Positions 22,741-31,861 of a stretch of DNA of 64,000 nucleotides are shown in pieces. Every line of letters begins with the position of its first letter. Position 1 is the stretch's first letter. The stretch spans positions 4,000,001-4,064,000 of the forward strand of contig OY970342.1 of the NCBI GenBank assembly GCA_963717505.1, written 5' to 3'. Both the position numbers and the translations under genes were made by a program. The DNA comes from Candidatus Eiseniibacteriota bacterium. GTDB lineage: Bacteria > Eisenbacteria > RBG-16-71-46. The notes under the pieces are model-generated. The model ran no database searches. It worked only from the letters and a program-made list of their open reading frames with translations, and was not told where the DNA came from.

Positions 22741-23125
22741 GTCCGGGTTCCAGCGCGCTCCCGGCCAGCCGGACGCGGTCGCGCAGCGATGGCGACAGTC
22801 CGTGCCACGCGACCCCGTCGCGCAGGTCTTCGAACGGGGCGATGGCGCGCGCGAGCCGGCGCAGGCCCCAGTATTCGATGTTGCGCAGCCGCGAGCATTC
22901 GAGGACCAGGCCATCGAGCTCGCGCCGGCGCAGTTCACGCAGCGGAGCTTCGAGCCGGCGGACCGAGGCGTCGCCGATCCAGCCCTGCAGGTCGAGGCGC
23001 GCGTGCCGGCGCCCTTCGCCTTCGAGAACCTCGACCCGTGCGGCGGCCGCACGCGGTCCCGCTCCGATTTCGAGCGTCAAAGCCATGGAGACGTTCGCGC
23101 GCGCCAGATCCGCCAGAGAGACCAT
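22724..23125 (-). CDS. STAS-domain (anti-sigma antagonist-like) protein
   Basis: LDLQGWIG..SVRRLE..L..L..LVLECSRLRNIEYWGLRRL...GLSPSLRDRVRLAG follows the STAS pattern; starts 1 nt after the mraZ stop and overlaps the rsmH start. Confidence 0.7.
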   Translation of the reverse strand: MVSLADLARANVSMALTLEIGAGPRAAAARVEVLEGEGRRHARLDLQGWIGDASVRRLEAPLRELRRRELDGLVLECSRLRNIEYWGLRRLARAIAPFEDLRDGVAWHGLSPSLRDRVRLAGSALEPGRVAPS

Positions 23126-23126
23126 G

Positions 23127-23576
23127 TCACTCGTCCTTGAGGACGTCCTCCGCCAGGGCCTCGAGCTGGGCCGTGGCCTCGCTCAACTCGGTCTTGAGCC
23201 GTTCGGGGTTCCAGATCTCGATGTGATCAATGAGGCCATGCAGGACGGCTTCCCTGCCAAGCCCTGCATGGCTCCGGAGGGCCGGTGGAATGGTGATGCG
23301 TCCCTGCCCATCCACCGACGCCGGGGTTACGTGCATGAGAAACGATCGTTGAAACGCACGGCCTTTTCGTCCGCCGATCGGGATGCGCCGCAGTCGCTGC
23401 TCCATGCGCTCCCAGCTTTCGGGTGAGTAGACCGAGACGCAGCCTTCGAAGCCGAGGGTGAGCACGAAGCGCGTGAGCGCTTTCGCGCGACTCCCGGCGC
23501 GACGAAAGTGCTGCGGGATCGCGATGCGACCTTTTTCGTCGATCGCGTAAGTTTCCGTTCCGAGAAATGAAGGCAT
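23127..23576 (-). CDS. mraZ: Transcriptional regulator MraZ
   Basis: FLGTETYAIDEKGRIAIP, VDGQGRITIP, GLIDHIEIWN. Confidence 0.95.
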   Translation of the reverse strand: MPSFLGTETYAIDEKGRIAIPQHFRRAGSRAKALTRFVLTLGFEGCVSVYSPESWERMEQRLRRIPIGGRKGRAFQRSFLMHVTPASVDGQGRITIPPALRSHAGLGREAVLHGLIDHIEIWNPERLKTELSEATAQLEALAEDVLKDE

Positions 23577-23616
23577 TGGCGGCGCATTCCACCTGGGTCC
23601 ACGGATCGACGAGAAT

Positions 23617-23682
23617 CCCCTCCAACCCCCACATTTCCCCACCGCGCCGCGCACCATAGTCGCTGCACCTGCGGGCTGTCAA
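23617..23682 (-). promoter_or_regulatory. dcw promoter with MraZ-binding repeats
   Basis: TTGACA (23682-23677)-N18-TATGGT (23658-23653), followed by three 10-bp-periodic boxes GTGGGG/GTGGGG/GAGGGG. Confidence 0.75.
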
Positions 23683-23755
23683 AAGAAAACGTCGCCGGGG
23701 AGCCGATCGTCGTGAAGATTCGGGTGCACGTGCGTGCAGCCGGCGCCGGGATGCG

Positions 23756-25297
23756 CTACGGGCGGGCGGTTTCCGCTTTGGCCTGCGCGTCGAACCGCGG
23801 CCAGTCGAGCCGATAGAACGTGATCACCGAATCCGGGGCCGCCGCGGCCGGCCCGTGGCCGAGCGGCACCAGGGCCTGCGGAAATGGCGCGCGTTCCATC
23901 AGCAGAAAAGGCTTCGGCGCATGGTGTGCGAGAAACGTGGGTCGTGCGACGCGCGCAAACTCGAATCGCTCGATGGCTTCCGGGCGACCGCGCGTGACGG
24001 CCTCGAGTTCGGGCGACAACACTCCGGTCAGGTCGAGCACGCGGCGGCGGCCGAAATACGCGAGCGCTCCGACTTCGCTCGATGCGATCACTGCTTGCGG
24101 CGGCGCGTGTTGTCCGAACCATTCGCCCCAGGTCACCAGTCCTTCGCGCATCGCGGCGGTGCGCGAGACGACCTCGGGCACCACCACCAGCCGATGCACC
24201 ACCAGGTTCTGAACCACCACGATCGCCGACAGCGCAAACGCCAGCACCGCCGCCTGATTCCTCCGCGCCGGCGTTTCCGGCCCGCCCCCCAGCCACCACT
24301 CGTCCGCCGACCGCCACGCCAGCCAGCCGAGCACCGGCAGGATCACCAGCAGGTATCTCGGCGTCGGCGGCGCGCCGCGCGCTGCGAGCAGGAACGGCAG
24401 AGACGCGACCCACAGCGCCGGCAGGTAGGCGAGCGCCGTCGGACGGCGCGCGAGAATTCGGCGACCCGCGAGGATCAGCGAGGCGACCATCAATCCCAGC
24501 AGCACCATCTCGGTAAAGAGCAGGTGCTGGACCTGAGCCCAAAGACCGGGTACGAACCGTACGTCCGGATCGCGAGCCACCGAAATGGTTCGCGGCCAGA
24601 ACGTGCCGAAGAACAATCGCGCGAACAGCAGCCACGAGCCGTAGACGATCACCGCCGGCACGGTGCCGAAGAACCAGCGGCGCAGCCCAGCCCGGTTGTT
24701 GGCGTCGACCAGCAGTAGGACCCCCCAGAGCACGAGCAGGTAGACGAGCTGGGGACGGGTCAGGGCGGCCAGCGCCCACAGGGTTCCGGTGCGCACGGGC
24801 CGCGCCCCCGGCACGTCGCCCTCGGTGAACGCGACGAAGCCGGCGAGCATGAGCGCCACCGCAAGCGGCGTTTCGAGCCCGGAGGTCGACCACTGGCTCA
24901 TCCACGCGTTGCTCGACCACGCGACGGTGGCGAAGGCGCGCACCGGCGCGTGGCGAATCGTGCGGCGCGCGAGCTGCAGGAACAGCGGTATGGTCGCAAG
25001 GGTCGCGAGAACACTCAGCGCCTTCGCAGCCGCGAGACCGTCGAAGCCGAGGACCATCGCGTCGCCGACCAGTGCGGCCCACAGCGGACTCGTGCACCCG
25101 TACACGTACTCGCCCGCGTTGAGCACCGGACCGCGGCCCTCGGCCAGGTGACGCGCGTATTGCAGGTGGACGAACGTGGAGTCGCTCAGCTGCCCGCGGA
25201 GCGGCAGCATCAGCCAAGTCGCGAGCGCGGTGCCGACGCCGAGCGCGATCCACTCGACTCGGGCCATCGGCGCGGCCGGCCTGAACACCGCGTTCAC
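23756..25297 (-). CDS. GT-C fold polytopic membrane glycosyltransferase
   Basis: SDSTFVHLQYARHLAEGRGPVLNAGEYVYGCTSPLW, SGLETPL, LTRP, RYLL, EVGALAYF..VLDLTGV; many TM helices. Confidence 0.7.
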   Translation of the reverse strand: MNAVFRPAAPMARVEWIALGVGTALATWLMLPLRGQLSDSTFVHLQYARHLAEGRGPVLNAGEYVYGCTSPLWAALVGDAMVLGFDGLAAAKALSVLATLATIPLFLQLARRTIRHAPVRAFATVAWSSNAWMSQWSTSGLETPLAVALMLAGFVAFTEGDVPGARPVRTGTLWALAALTRPQLVYLLVLWGVLLLVDANNRAGLRRWFFGTVPAVIVYGSWLLFARLFFGTFWPRTISVARDPDVRFVPGLWAQVQHLLFTEMVLLGLMVASLILAGRRILARRPTALAYLPALWVASLPFLLAARGAPPTPRYLLVILPVLGWLAWRSADEWWLGGGPETPARRNQAAVLAFALSAIVVVQNLVVHRLVVVPEVVSRTAAMREGLVTWGEWFGQHAPPQAVIASSEVGALAYFGRRRVLDLTGVLSPELEAVTRGRPEAIERFEFARVARPTFLAHHAPKPFLLMERAPFPQALVPLGHGPAAAAPDSVITFYRLDWPRFDAQAKAETARP

Positions 25298-26589
25298 GAC
25301 GCGGTCCCGCCTTCGGCGACTCGAGCTTCGAGTCGTTCGACCAGACGGGCGGTGAGGCGCGCGCGCGTGTGTTCGTCGAGCCACGCGGGACGCTGCGCGG
25401 GGGCACTCCCTCGCCCCTGCCAGGCGGCGTAGTGTCGGTTCAGCGTCGCCGTGAGGCCGGCGAGATCGCCGGGCGCCACCAGGTCGCCACCCGCGCGCCG
25501 CACCAGCTCGGCGGCCTCGTCCCCGGGCTCGAGCAACGCGATCAGCGGACGGCCCGTGTCCAGGTACTCGTAGAGCTTGCCCGGCACCATGGTGGGGATT
25601 CCGGGCGGCTTCCACAGCAGCAACAGGTCGGCGCTGCTCTGGATCGCACGCGTTTCGGCATGCGGCCGCGGCCCGGTGAACTCGACGATCCCGGGAGTCA
25701 GGCCGAGTGCGATCGCACGATCCTGGTAGCCGGTCTCGAACGGACCCGCGATCGTGGCGCGGACCCGCCGCCGGGCCTGCGGGGCTCGGGCCAGGAGATC
25801 GTGAAGCGCCTCGAGGAAGATCTCGGCATCGGGCATTCCCGCGAGCGTGCCGGTGAAGGCGACGCGAAAGAACTCGGAAGCCACCGTCGCCTCGACCCGG
25901 GGCGTGTCCTCGGGCTCGAAACCGTTCGGCAGGTGAACGACGCGTTCGGGCTTCGCCAATCCCGAAGACGTCAGTCGATCGGCGTGGGTGCGCGACGCCG
26001 CAAGCACCAGGTCGGCGCCGCTGAGCACGCGTTGTTCGAGTGCCGCCTGACGCTTGCGATGCCACTCGGTGGGCGGCCGGCGGACGTGAAGCCCCATCCA
26101 GGGATCACGGAAGTCGGCGATCCACGGCAGCCTGAAGCGCCGCTTGAGATCCAGTGCCGCGAGGTGAACGCTGTCGGGTGGCGAGGTCGAGAGCACGGCG
26201 TCGAAGCCGCCGCGCTCGAGCAGACGGGCGGCGGCGCGACGGCAGCGTCCGGCCCAGCCGACGTAGGGATCCGGGATCAGCCACCAGTCGCTGAGTCGCC
26301 GCAGGGCCGAGAATACGCCGGTCGGGCGTCGTCCACGGTGGCCGGGCCTCGCCCGCAGCCAGGTCGCAAGCGCGCTGCCGCCCGCGACGCGCACCACCTC
26401 GGTCGCGGGATGAATCCGCGCGGTCAGGCTGTCGTCCGTCACCCAGTAGTCCTCGGGGCCCGCACAGACCACCGTGCAGGACCATCCATGATCCGGCAGG
26501 TGGCGCGTGAATCCGAGGACCCGGTGCACGCCGCCACCGGCGAGCGGCGGATAGAAGTAGCACAGGACCAGGAGGCGACGCTCGTTCAC
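25294..26589 (-). CDS. GT4 glycosyltransferase
   Basis: YFYPPLAGGGVHR, STSPP, WIADFRDPW, LPNGFE, PGKLYEYL. Confidence 0.9.
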   Translation of the reverse strand: MNERRLLVLCYFYPPLAGGGVHRVLGFTRHLPDHGWSCTVVCAGPEDYWVTDDSLTARIHPATEVVRVAGGSALATWLRARPGHRGRRPTGVFSALRRLSDWWLIPDPYVGWAGRCRRAAARLLERGGFDAVLSTSPPDSVHLAALDLKRRFRLPWIADFRDPWMGLHVRRPPTEWHRKRQAALEQRVLSGADLVLAASRTHADRLTSSGLAKPERVVHLPNGFEPEDTPRVEATVASEFFRVAFTGTLAGMPDAEIFLEALHDLLARAPQARRRVRATIAGPFETGYQDRAIALGLTPGIVEFTGPRPHAETRAIQSSADLLLLWKPPGIPTMVPGKLYEYLDTGRPLIALLEPGDEAAELVRRAGGDLVAPGDLAGLTATLNRHYAAWQGRGSAPAQRPAWLDEHTRARLTARLVERLEARVAEGGTAS

Positions 26590-27653
26590 GGGTGATCCCG
26601 CCCGCCGAATCCGACCAGCGCGACGAACAAACTCTCGATGCGGCCGAGATTGACCTCGAGATCGGCGCGCTCGGCGACCCGGCGGCGATTGCGATCGCGC
26701 GCCGCACTCGCCCACGCCGGGTCATGGAGCGCGCGCGCGATCGCTGCCGTGACTCCGGCGACGTCGCCAACCGGGAACAATCGAGCGCCGTCGCCCTCTC
26801 CCACCCAGTCTCGGTTGCCGTCGATGTCGCTGACCACCGGGATCGCGCCCGCGGCCATCGCCTCGAGCAGCGTGACCGACGTCGAATCCGAGTGGGATGC
26901 CGACAGGTAGACCTCGGCGCGTCCGAGCCACACGGCCATGGCCGCGGGCTCGAGCCTGCCCAGGAACTCGAAGCGGCCGGCCGGCAGCAGCGAAGCGGCC
27001 AGGGATTCGAGCTCTCGCGTCTGGCTGCCGCCTCCGGCCGCCACGAATCGGGTGTGCGGAGAGCCGGCCAGGATCGGCGCCACGCCGCGGATCAACACCT
27101 GGAGGTCGTAGATCGGCTCGTGCATGCGCGCGCTGAGCAGCAGCCCCGGTTCGCGCGCGGGCAGGTGCCGGAATCGCTCGAGATCGATGCCCCACGGGAT
27201 CGCGTGCACCCGATTCGGCTCGGCGCCGAGATCGATCGCCGCGGCGGCCAGGTTGTCGCCATCGGCGATCACCAGATCGGCGCGCGACAGGACGAAGCGC
27301 GCGCGCGCCTGCTGGAGCGGATCGCGCGCTCCGGTCACGAGCAGATCCGAGCCCCAGGCGGTGATCACGCGCGGGCGAGCACCTGCCAGCGTTGCGAGCA
27401 CGCCGTAGTTCGGAACGAAGTGGGCGTCGACCACGTCGGGCCGGAAGCGCATCAGCTCGCGCCGCAGGGCCGGTGCTGCGACCGGATAGCGCAGGAACCC
27501 CGGGAGCGGATGCGATGGCAATCGATGCGCCTCGAAGTCGTCCGGGGCCGGTTCGAGCGACCAAACGCCGACCTCGTGTCCGCGCCGGCGCAGCGCTTCC
27601 GCCCAGCGGCGCGTGTGGACGACCGCAGCGTTGCCGAGCAACGCGACCCTCAC
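26586..27653 (-). CDS. GT4 glycosyltransferase
   Basis: VHTRRWA, AHFVPNYG, TAWGSDL, DSTSVTLLEAMAAG..VVSDIDGN. Confidence 0.9.
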   Translation of the reverse strand: MRVALLGNAAVVHTRRWAEALRRRGHEVGVWSLEPAPDDFEAHRLPSHPLPGFLRYPVAAPALRRELMRFRPDVVDAHFVPNYGVLATLAGARPRVITAWGSDLLVTGARDPLQQARARFVLSRADLVIADGDNLAAAAIDLGAEPNRVHAIPWGIDLERFRHLPAREPGLLLSARMHEPIYDLQVLIRGVAPILAGSPHTRFVAAGGGSQTRELESLAASLLPAGRFEFLGRLEPAAMAVWLGRAEVYLSASHSDSTSVTLLEAMAAGAIPVVSDIDGNRDWVGEGDGARLFPVGDVAGVTAAIARALHDPAWASAARDRNRRRVAERADLEVNLGRIESLFVALVGFGGRDHP

Positions 27654-27705
27654 GCGCCGGCTCCCAGGCGCGGCTTCGCCGGCGGGCGAACCTCCCCGAC
27701 TTCCC

Positions 27706-28731
27706 TCACGCGGTACTCCCGCGCGCACGGCCCGCCCGCATTCGCCCTTGCAGCGAGGCCAGGAGCTTCCCGGTCCACGGGGCATAGTCGGCGCCGATCC
27801 AGCGCACCGGCAGCGTCTGTTCCTGAGCACCGAGCGCCTGCTTGAACGACACCAGGGTGCCGCGACCCGCGCTGCCGCCGAGGTTCAGCCGCTCGCGACC
27901 CGCGGTCGCCGCCCACTCGATCGCGCGCCAGAGCAGAACCTGGAACAAATGCCGGCGCCGCGCTTGGGGATGAATGCCACTCCACCACGCCATGAGCTCG
28001 CGAGGATGATCCAGGAACAGGGTTCCGGCGAGCAGCCGGCCGCCCTCGCGCAACACGAACAGGCGCGCGCGCGGCACACCGGTCCGCCCGACCGCCAGCA
28101 ATCGTCTCGACAGTTCGATCGGCAGGATCGCGTGTCCCGACCATCCGCGAGACTGTCGCTGGTGGAGCACGTGTACCGACTCCAGGGCTTCCGGCTCTTC
28201 CGTGAACGTGAACTCGCCGCCGATTCGTCTCAGGTGCTGGCCCAGGGTCCGCTGCAGCCGCTTCTGGACGGCGGCGAGCCCGGCGCGCAGATCGACCACC
28301 GCCGTTTCGATCCGGGTCGTAACGCCCGGCAGTCGAACCAGCACGTCCTCGGCGAGCGGCGGGCCTTCCGGCCGATGGCAGACCCACGTGCCGCCAACCA
28401 CGCGCAGCTCCAGCGCAAGTTCATCCAGCGCTTGGCCGCACGCCGAGTCGACGCGCTCGTGCGCGCCGGCGCGGGCGAGCGGGGTCCCGGGCAGAAGGTA
28501 GGGCAGGGCGTGGAGCCAGTGGTGTCCTGCGCGGCGCTCGATCACCACGCCCATGCCGCCCGCCAGGTCGCCGTCGTCGCCGACCGCGATGAAGCGGGAC
28601 ACGCCGCCGCGGGCATCGGCGAGCGCCGCCCAGACTTCGGGATCGTGGGCGGGCGTGGCGTTGGGATCCTCGCGCAGCAGGCGATCCCACGCCGGAGGCG
28701 GGCGGTCGAGGATGCGCGCGCCGGAAATCAC
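27706..28731 (-). CDS. GNAT/FemAB-like N-acyltransferase
   Basis: AWDRLL..PNATPAHDPEVW, LLWRAIEWA...LNLGGS...LVSFKQALGA. Start uncertain. Confidence 0.75.
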   Translation of the reverse strand: MISGARILDRPPPAWDRLLREDPNATPAHDPEVWAALADARGGVSRFIAVGDDGDLAGGMGVVIERRAGHHWLHALPYLLPGTPLARAGAHERVDSACGQALDELALELRVVGGTWVCHRPEGPPLAEDVLVRLPGVTTRIETAVVDLRAGLAAVQKRLQRTLGQHLRRIGGEFTFTEEPEALESVHVLHQRQSRGWSGHAILPIELSRRLLAVGRTGVPRARLFVLREGGRLLAGTLFLDHPRELMAWWSGIHPQARRRHLFQVLLWRAIEWAATAGRERLNLGGSAGRGTLVSFKQALGAQEQTLPVRWIGADYAPWTGKLLASLQGRMRAGRARGSTA

Positions 28732-28792
28732 GCGGCCCGTTCGCGGGTCACGAGCACCGGCGCAGCATGCACGGCCGCCGCATCCGCGGCAA

Positions 28793-31078
28793 CTAGCGGA
28801 GCATGACCGCGCGCACCAGCGTCGAGCGCGGACCCGAGCGCACCTGCACGAAATAGATTCCGGGTCGAACCAGGCGCCCGTCCTGATCGAAGCCGTTCCA
28901 CACCACACCGCCCTCGGGCACGTCGCGGAACGAGTTCACGCGCCGGCCGCTCAGATCGTAGACCGCGCCATAGTAGGTCGAGACGTTGCCGCTCAGCCGC
29001 AGTCCGGCGCCCATGTTGGTCAGGCGCGCGGGATTCGGGTAGACGCGCACGTCGAGCGGTGGAACGTCGGTCGTCGGCGGCGTGAAGTCGGGGTCGAAGC
29101 GATGAAGTCCCGCCGATGTGCCGACCCAGATCTGCCCGGTCGCGCGATCGACCCGGATGGCCTTGATGTCGTCGCTGCTCAGCGGCGAGTTGGCCACCGT
29201 GTAGTCGTTGCGCGTCGAACCGTCGCGGTTGTAGACGCGAATGCCGTTCACCGTGCCCACCCAGATCGCACCGTCGAGCGCGACGTCCATGGTGTTCCCG
29301 GCGTTTTCCGAGGGTGCGGCGGGCACCGACAGCCCGCTGCGCACGATCTCGCCCTTGTCCCGGCTGTAGATCCGGACGTCGTTGGTGGTCTGGGCCCACA
29401 CCGAATCCCCGGCGACCACGATGCCGCGCACGTCCCGACTCTCGTTGGGCAGCACGTATTCGATCGTGTCGGTGGCGTCGTCGAAGAACTGAACGCCGCC
29501 GCCCGCGGTCGCGATCCACACCCGTCCGACACGGTCGGTGGTCAGGGACACGACGCGGCCGGTCTTGAGTCCGCTGTTCGACGGACTGTACGTCCTGACC
29601 CAATTTCCGTGCCGGTCGTACTCATCGATGCCGATTGGCGTGAAGCTCGGGTTCTCGCGCTCCGCGCTGTCCATTCCGATCCAGATCGTCCCGGCCGAGT
29701 CGCGGGTCGAGCCGACGCCGAAGGTGTGGCGCACACTGGCCACCGTCAACGTGTCGGGCCAGTAGCTGATGCGGTCGAACGAGGGCGGGTCGATCGAGTC
29801 GTCGATGCGCTCGAGGGCGCCGGGATTGCGGACCTGGTCGTCGGTCACGCCCCAGGTGCTGACCCAGACGCGGCCGCTGTCATCGTCGACCAGGGCGAAG
29901 GCGAACGCCGGATTGAGGAACGAAGTGTCGGCGTCGCACGCCGGCAAACGGCAGGGTCCGGAACCTCCGCCCAGCGACGTCAACCAGTACTTCCAGCTCG
30001 TGCCGTCGAACCTCCCGATGCCCTCGGAGAACGTGTTCACGAAGATCCGCGAACCGAACACCATGACGTTGGTGATGTTGTTCCCCGGAGGCTGCGGCTC
30101 GAAGTATCGGGGCCAGGGCCCGGTCGCGACCTGTTCGTAGAGCCCGTCCCGGTTGGCTCCATAGACCTGTCCGTCGGGAGCGATTCCGGGCTCGATCCAC
30201 AGCGTGCGGTCGGTGCGCGAGATCGGCGCCCCCGGCACCGCGGTGTACCCGGTGCCGTTCCAGCGGAAGATGCCGGCGCCGCTGGTCACCAGGATCGTGC
30301 TGCGCTCTTCGTGGATCGCGCGCACGCCACCCAGCCCACCCTGCGTCACCCAGGAGGCGCCGGAGAGTCGGCGTGGCGTGATCCAGGTGGTGCCGGTCGT
30401 GAACGCGAACAGGTCGCGACCATCGCTTGCGATCATCTCGACCCGCGGCGTCGGCAGTCCGGCGTCGAGCGCCTCCCAGGTCTCGAGCCGGGTGCTGATC
30501 CGGCTGCGGTAGACCCCGTTCAGGGTCGAAACGTAGATCGAGTCGCCCTGCCGGACGATGCCGGTGACGTGGTCACTACGAAACGGCGAGGGGTTCACCC
30601 CGTCCGGCAGGCTGCCGAGGATCTGGTGTCCATCCCACAGCGAGAGCCCGCGCGTCGAGCCGATCCACAAGGTGTCGCCATCGGCCGTGAGCACGTTCAC
30701 CGTGTCCGAAGGCAGGCCGTCGAACTGGTTGACCAGCCCCCACTGCTGGCGGTCGGCCGACAGGTAGCTGAGCCCGTTTCCCTGGGTCCCGACCCACAAC
30801 CGCCCCGTCCGATCGAGGGCCAATGCGTTCAACCGGTTGCTGGCCAGCCCGCTCGGTTCCCGGGCGATCTGCTCGGTCTCCCGGGTGACCCGGTCGTAGC
30901 GCAGGAGCCCGCCTTCGAGCGAGGCCGACCAGACTTCGGTGGTGTCGGCGACCACGTCGGTGATGGTTCGGGCGCGGAGGTAGGTCGTCCAAGGTCCGGC
31001 GGCAACCGCCGAACCTGCAGTACCGGACAGCATCGCGGCCGCCACCAGGGCGGCCGGCATCCAACGGGGGGAAATCAT
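28793..31078 (-). CDS. PorZ-like beta-propeller protein with T9SS C-terminal domain
   Basis: Signal peptide; regulator-propeller repeats (GLASNRLNALALDRTGRLWVGT, SPLSSDDIKAIRVDRATGQIWVGT); CTD VRVYPNP..VYDLSGRRV..WNGFDQDGRLVRPGIYFV. Confidence 0.75.
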   Translation of the reverse strand: MISPRWMPAALVAAAMLSGTAGSAVAAGPWTTYLRARTITDVVADTTEVWSASLEGGLLRYDRVTRETEQIAREPSGLASNRLNALALDRTGRLWVGTQGNGLSYLSADRQQWGLVNQFDGLPSDTVNVLTADGDTLWIGSTRGLSLWDGHQILGSLPDGVNPSPFRSDHVTGIVRQGDSIYVSTLNGVYRSRISTRLETWEALDAGLPTPRVEMIASDGRDLFAFTTGTTWITPRRLSGASWVTQGGLGGVRAIHEERSTILVTSGAGIFRWNGTGYTAVPGAPISRTDRTLWIEPGIAPDGQVYGANRDGLYEQVATGPWPRYFEPQPPGNNITNVMVFGSRIFVNTFSEGIGRFDGTSWKYWLTSLGGGSGPCRLPACDADTSFLNPAFAFALVDDDSGRVWVSTWGVTDDQVRNPGALERIDDSIDPPSFDRISYWPDTLTVASVRHTFGVGSTRDSAGTIWIGMDSAERENPSFTPIGIDEYDRHGNWVRTYSPSNSGLKTGRVVSLTTDRVGRVWIATAGGGVQFFDDATDTIEYVLPNESRDVRGIVVAGDSVWAQTTNDVRIYSRDKGEIVRSGLSVPAAPSENAGNTMDVALDGAIWVGTVNGIRVYNRDGSTRNDYTVANSPLSSDDIKAIRVDRATGQIWVGTSAGLHRFDPDFTPPTTDVPPLDVRVYPNPARLTNMGAGLRLSGNVSTYYGAVYDLSGRRVNSFRDVPEGGVVWNGFDQDGRLVRPGIYFVQVRSGPRSTLVRAVMLR

Positions 31079-31133
31079 CGGAGGAGAATACCCCGAGACC
31101 GCCCGAAATGCGCCCTGCCCAGGGGGCGCCCCC

Positions 31134-31851
31134 CTATTCGAGCCGGCCGAACAGGTCCGTGAGCCTCAGCCGCCAGACCATCCAGGCCGCTTCCCAGATG
31201 ATCTTCCGGTTCATCTTGGACACCCCGGCACGCCGGTCGACGAACAGGATCGGAATCTCGACCAGCCGGAACCCCTTGCGCCAGCACTTGAAGGACATCT
31301 CGATCTGGAATGCGTAGCCGTCGGACTGGACCCGGTCGAGCCGGATGGCCTCCAGCGCCCGCCGGCGGAAACACTTGAACCCGCCGGTCGCGTCGTTGAC
31401 CGGCATGCCGGTGATCCAGCGCGTGTAGCGATTCGCGAGGTAGGACAGGATCAGACGTCCGATCGGCCAGTTGACCACAGTGACGCCGTTCAGATAGCGG
31501 GAGCCGAGCACGACGTCGGCCTGTTGGGCGTGCGACAGGAACTCGCCGATGCTCACGGGATCGTGCGAGAAGTCGGCATCCATCTCGAAGATGTATTCCG
31601 CCCCATGGTCGAGCGCGTAGCGGAACCCCTCGCGGTAGGCCGAGCCCAGTCCCAGCTTGGATGCGCGCTGGATCAGGTGCAGGCGCGGCTCGCGCGCCTG
31701 CCAATCGCGAACGAAGGCGCCGGTGCCGTCGGGGGAGCCGTCGTCCACCACCAGCACCTCGAGGCCGTGGGGCAATCGCCAGCAGCTGGTGGAGCAGCGG
31801 CTCGATGTTGTCGCGTTCGTTGTACGTGGGAACGATGACCAGCTTGTCCAC
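31134..31851 (-). CDS. Polyprenol monophosphomannose synthase (Ppm1/DPM1-like GT2; one frameshift)
   Basis: IVPTYNERDNI, VVDDGSPDGT, KLGLGSAY, EMDADFSHDP, DATGGFKCFRR, GYAFQIEM, DRRAGVSKM. Confidence 0.9.
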
Positions 31852-31861
31852 GGCGGCTCCG

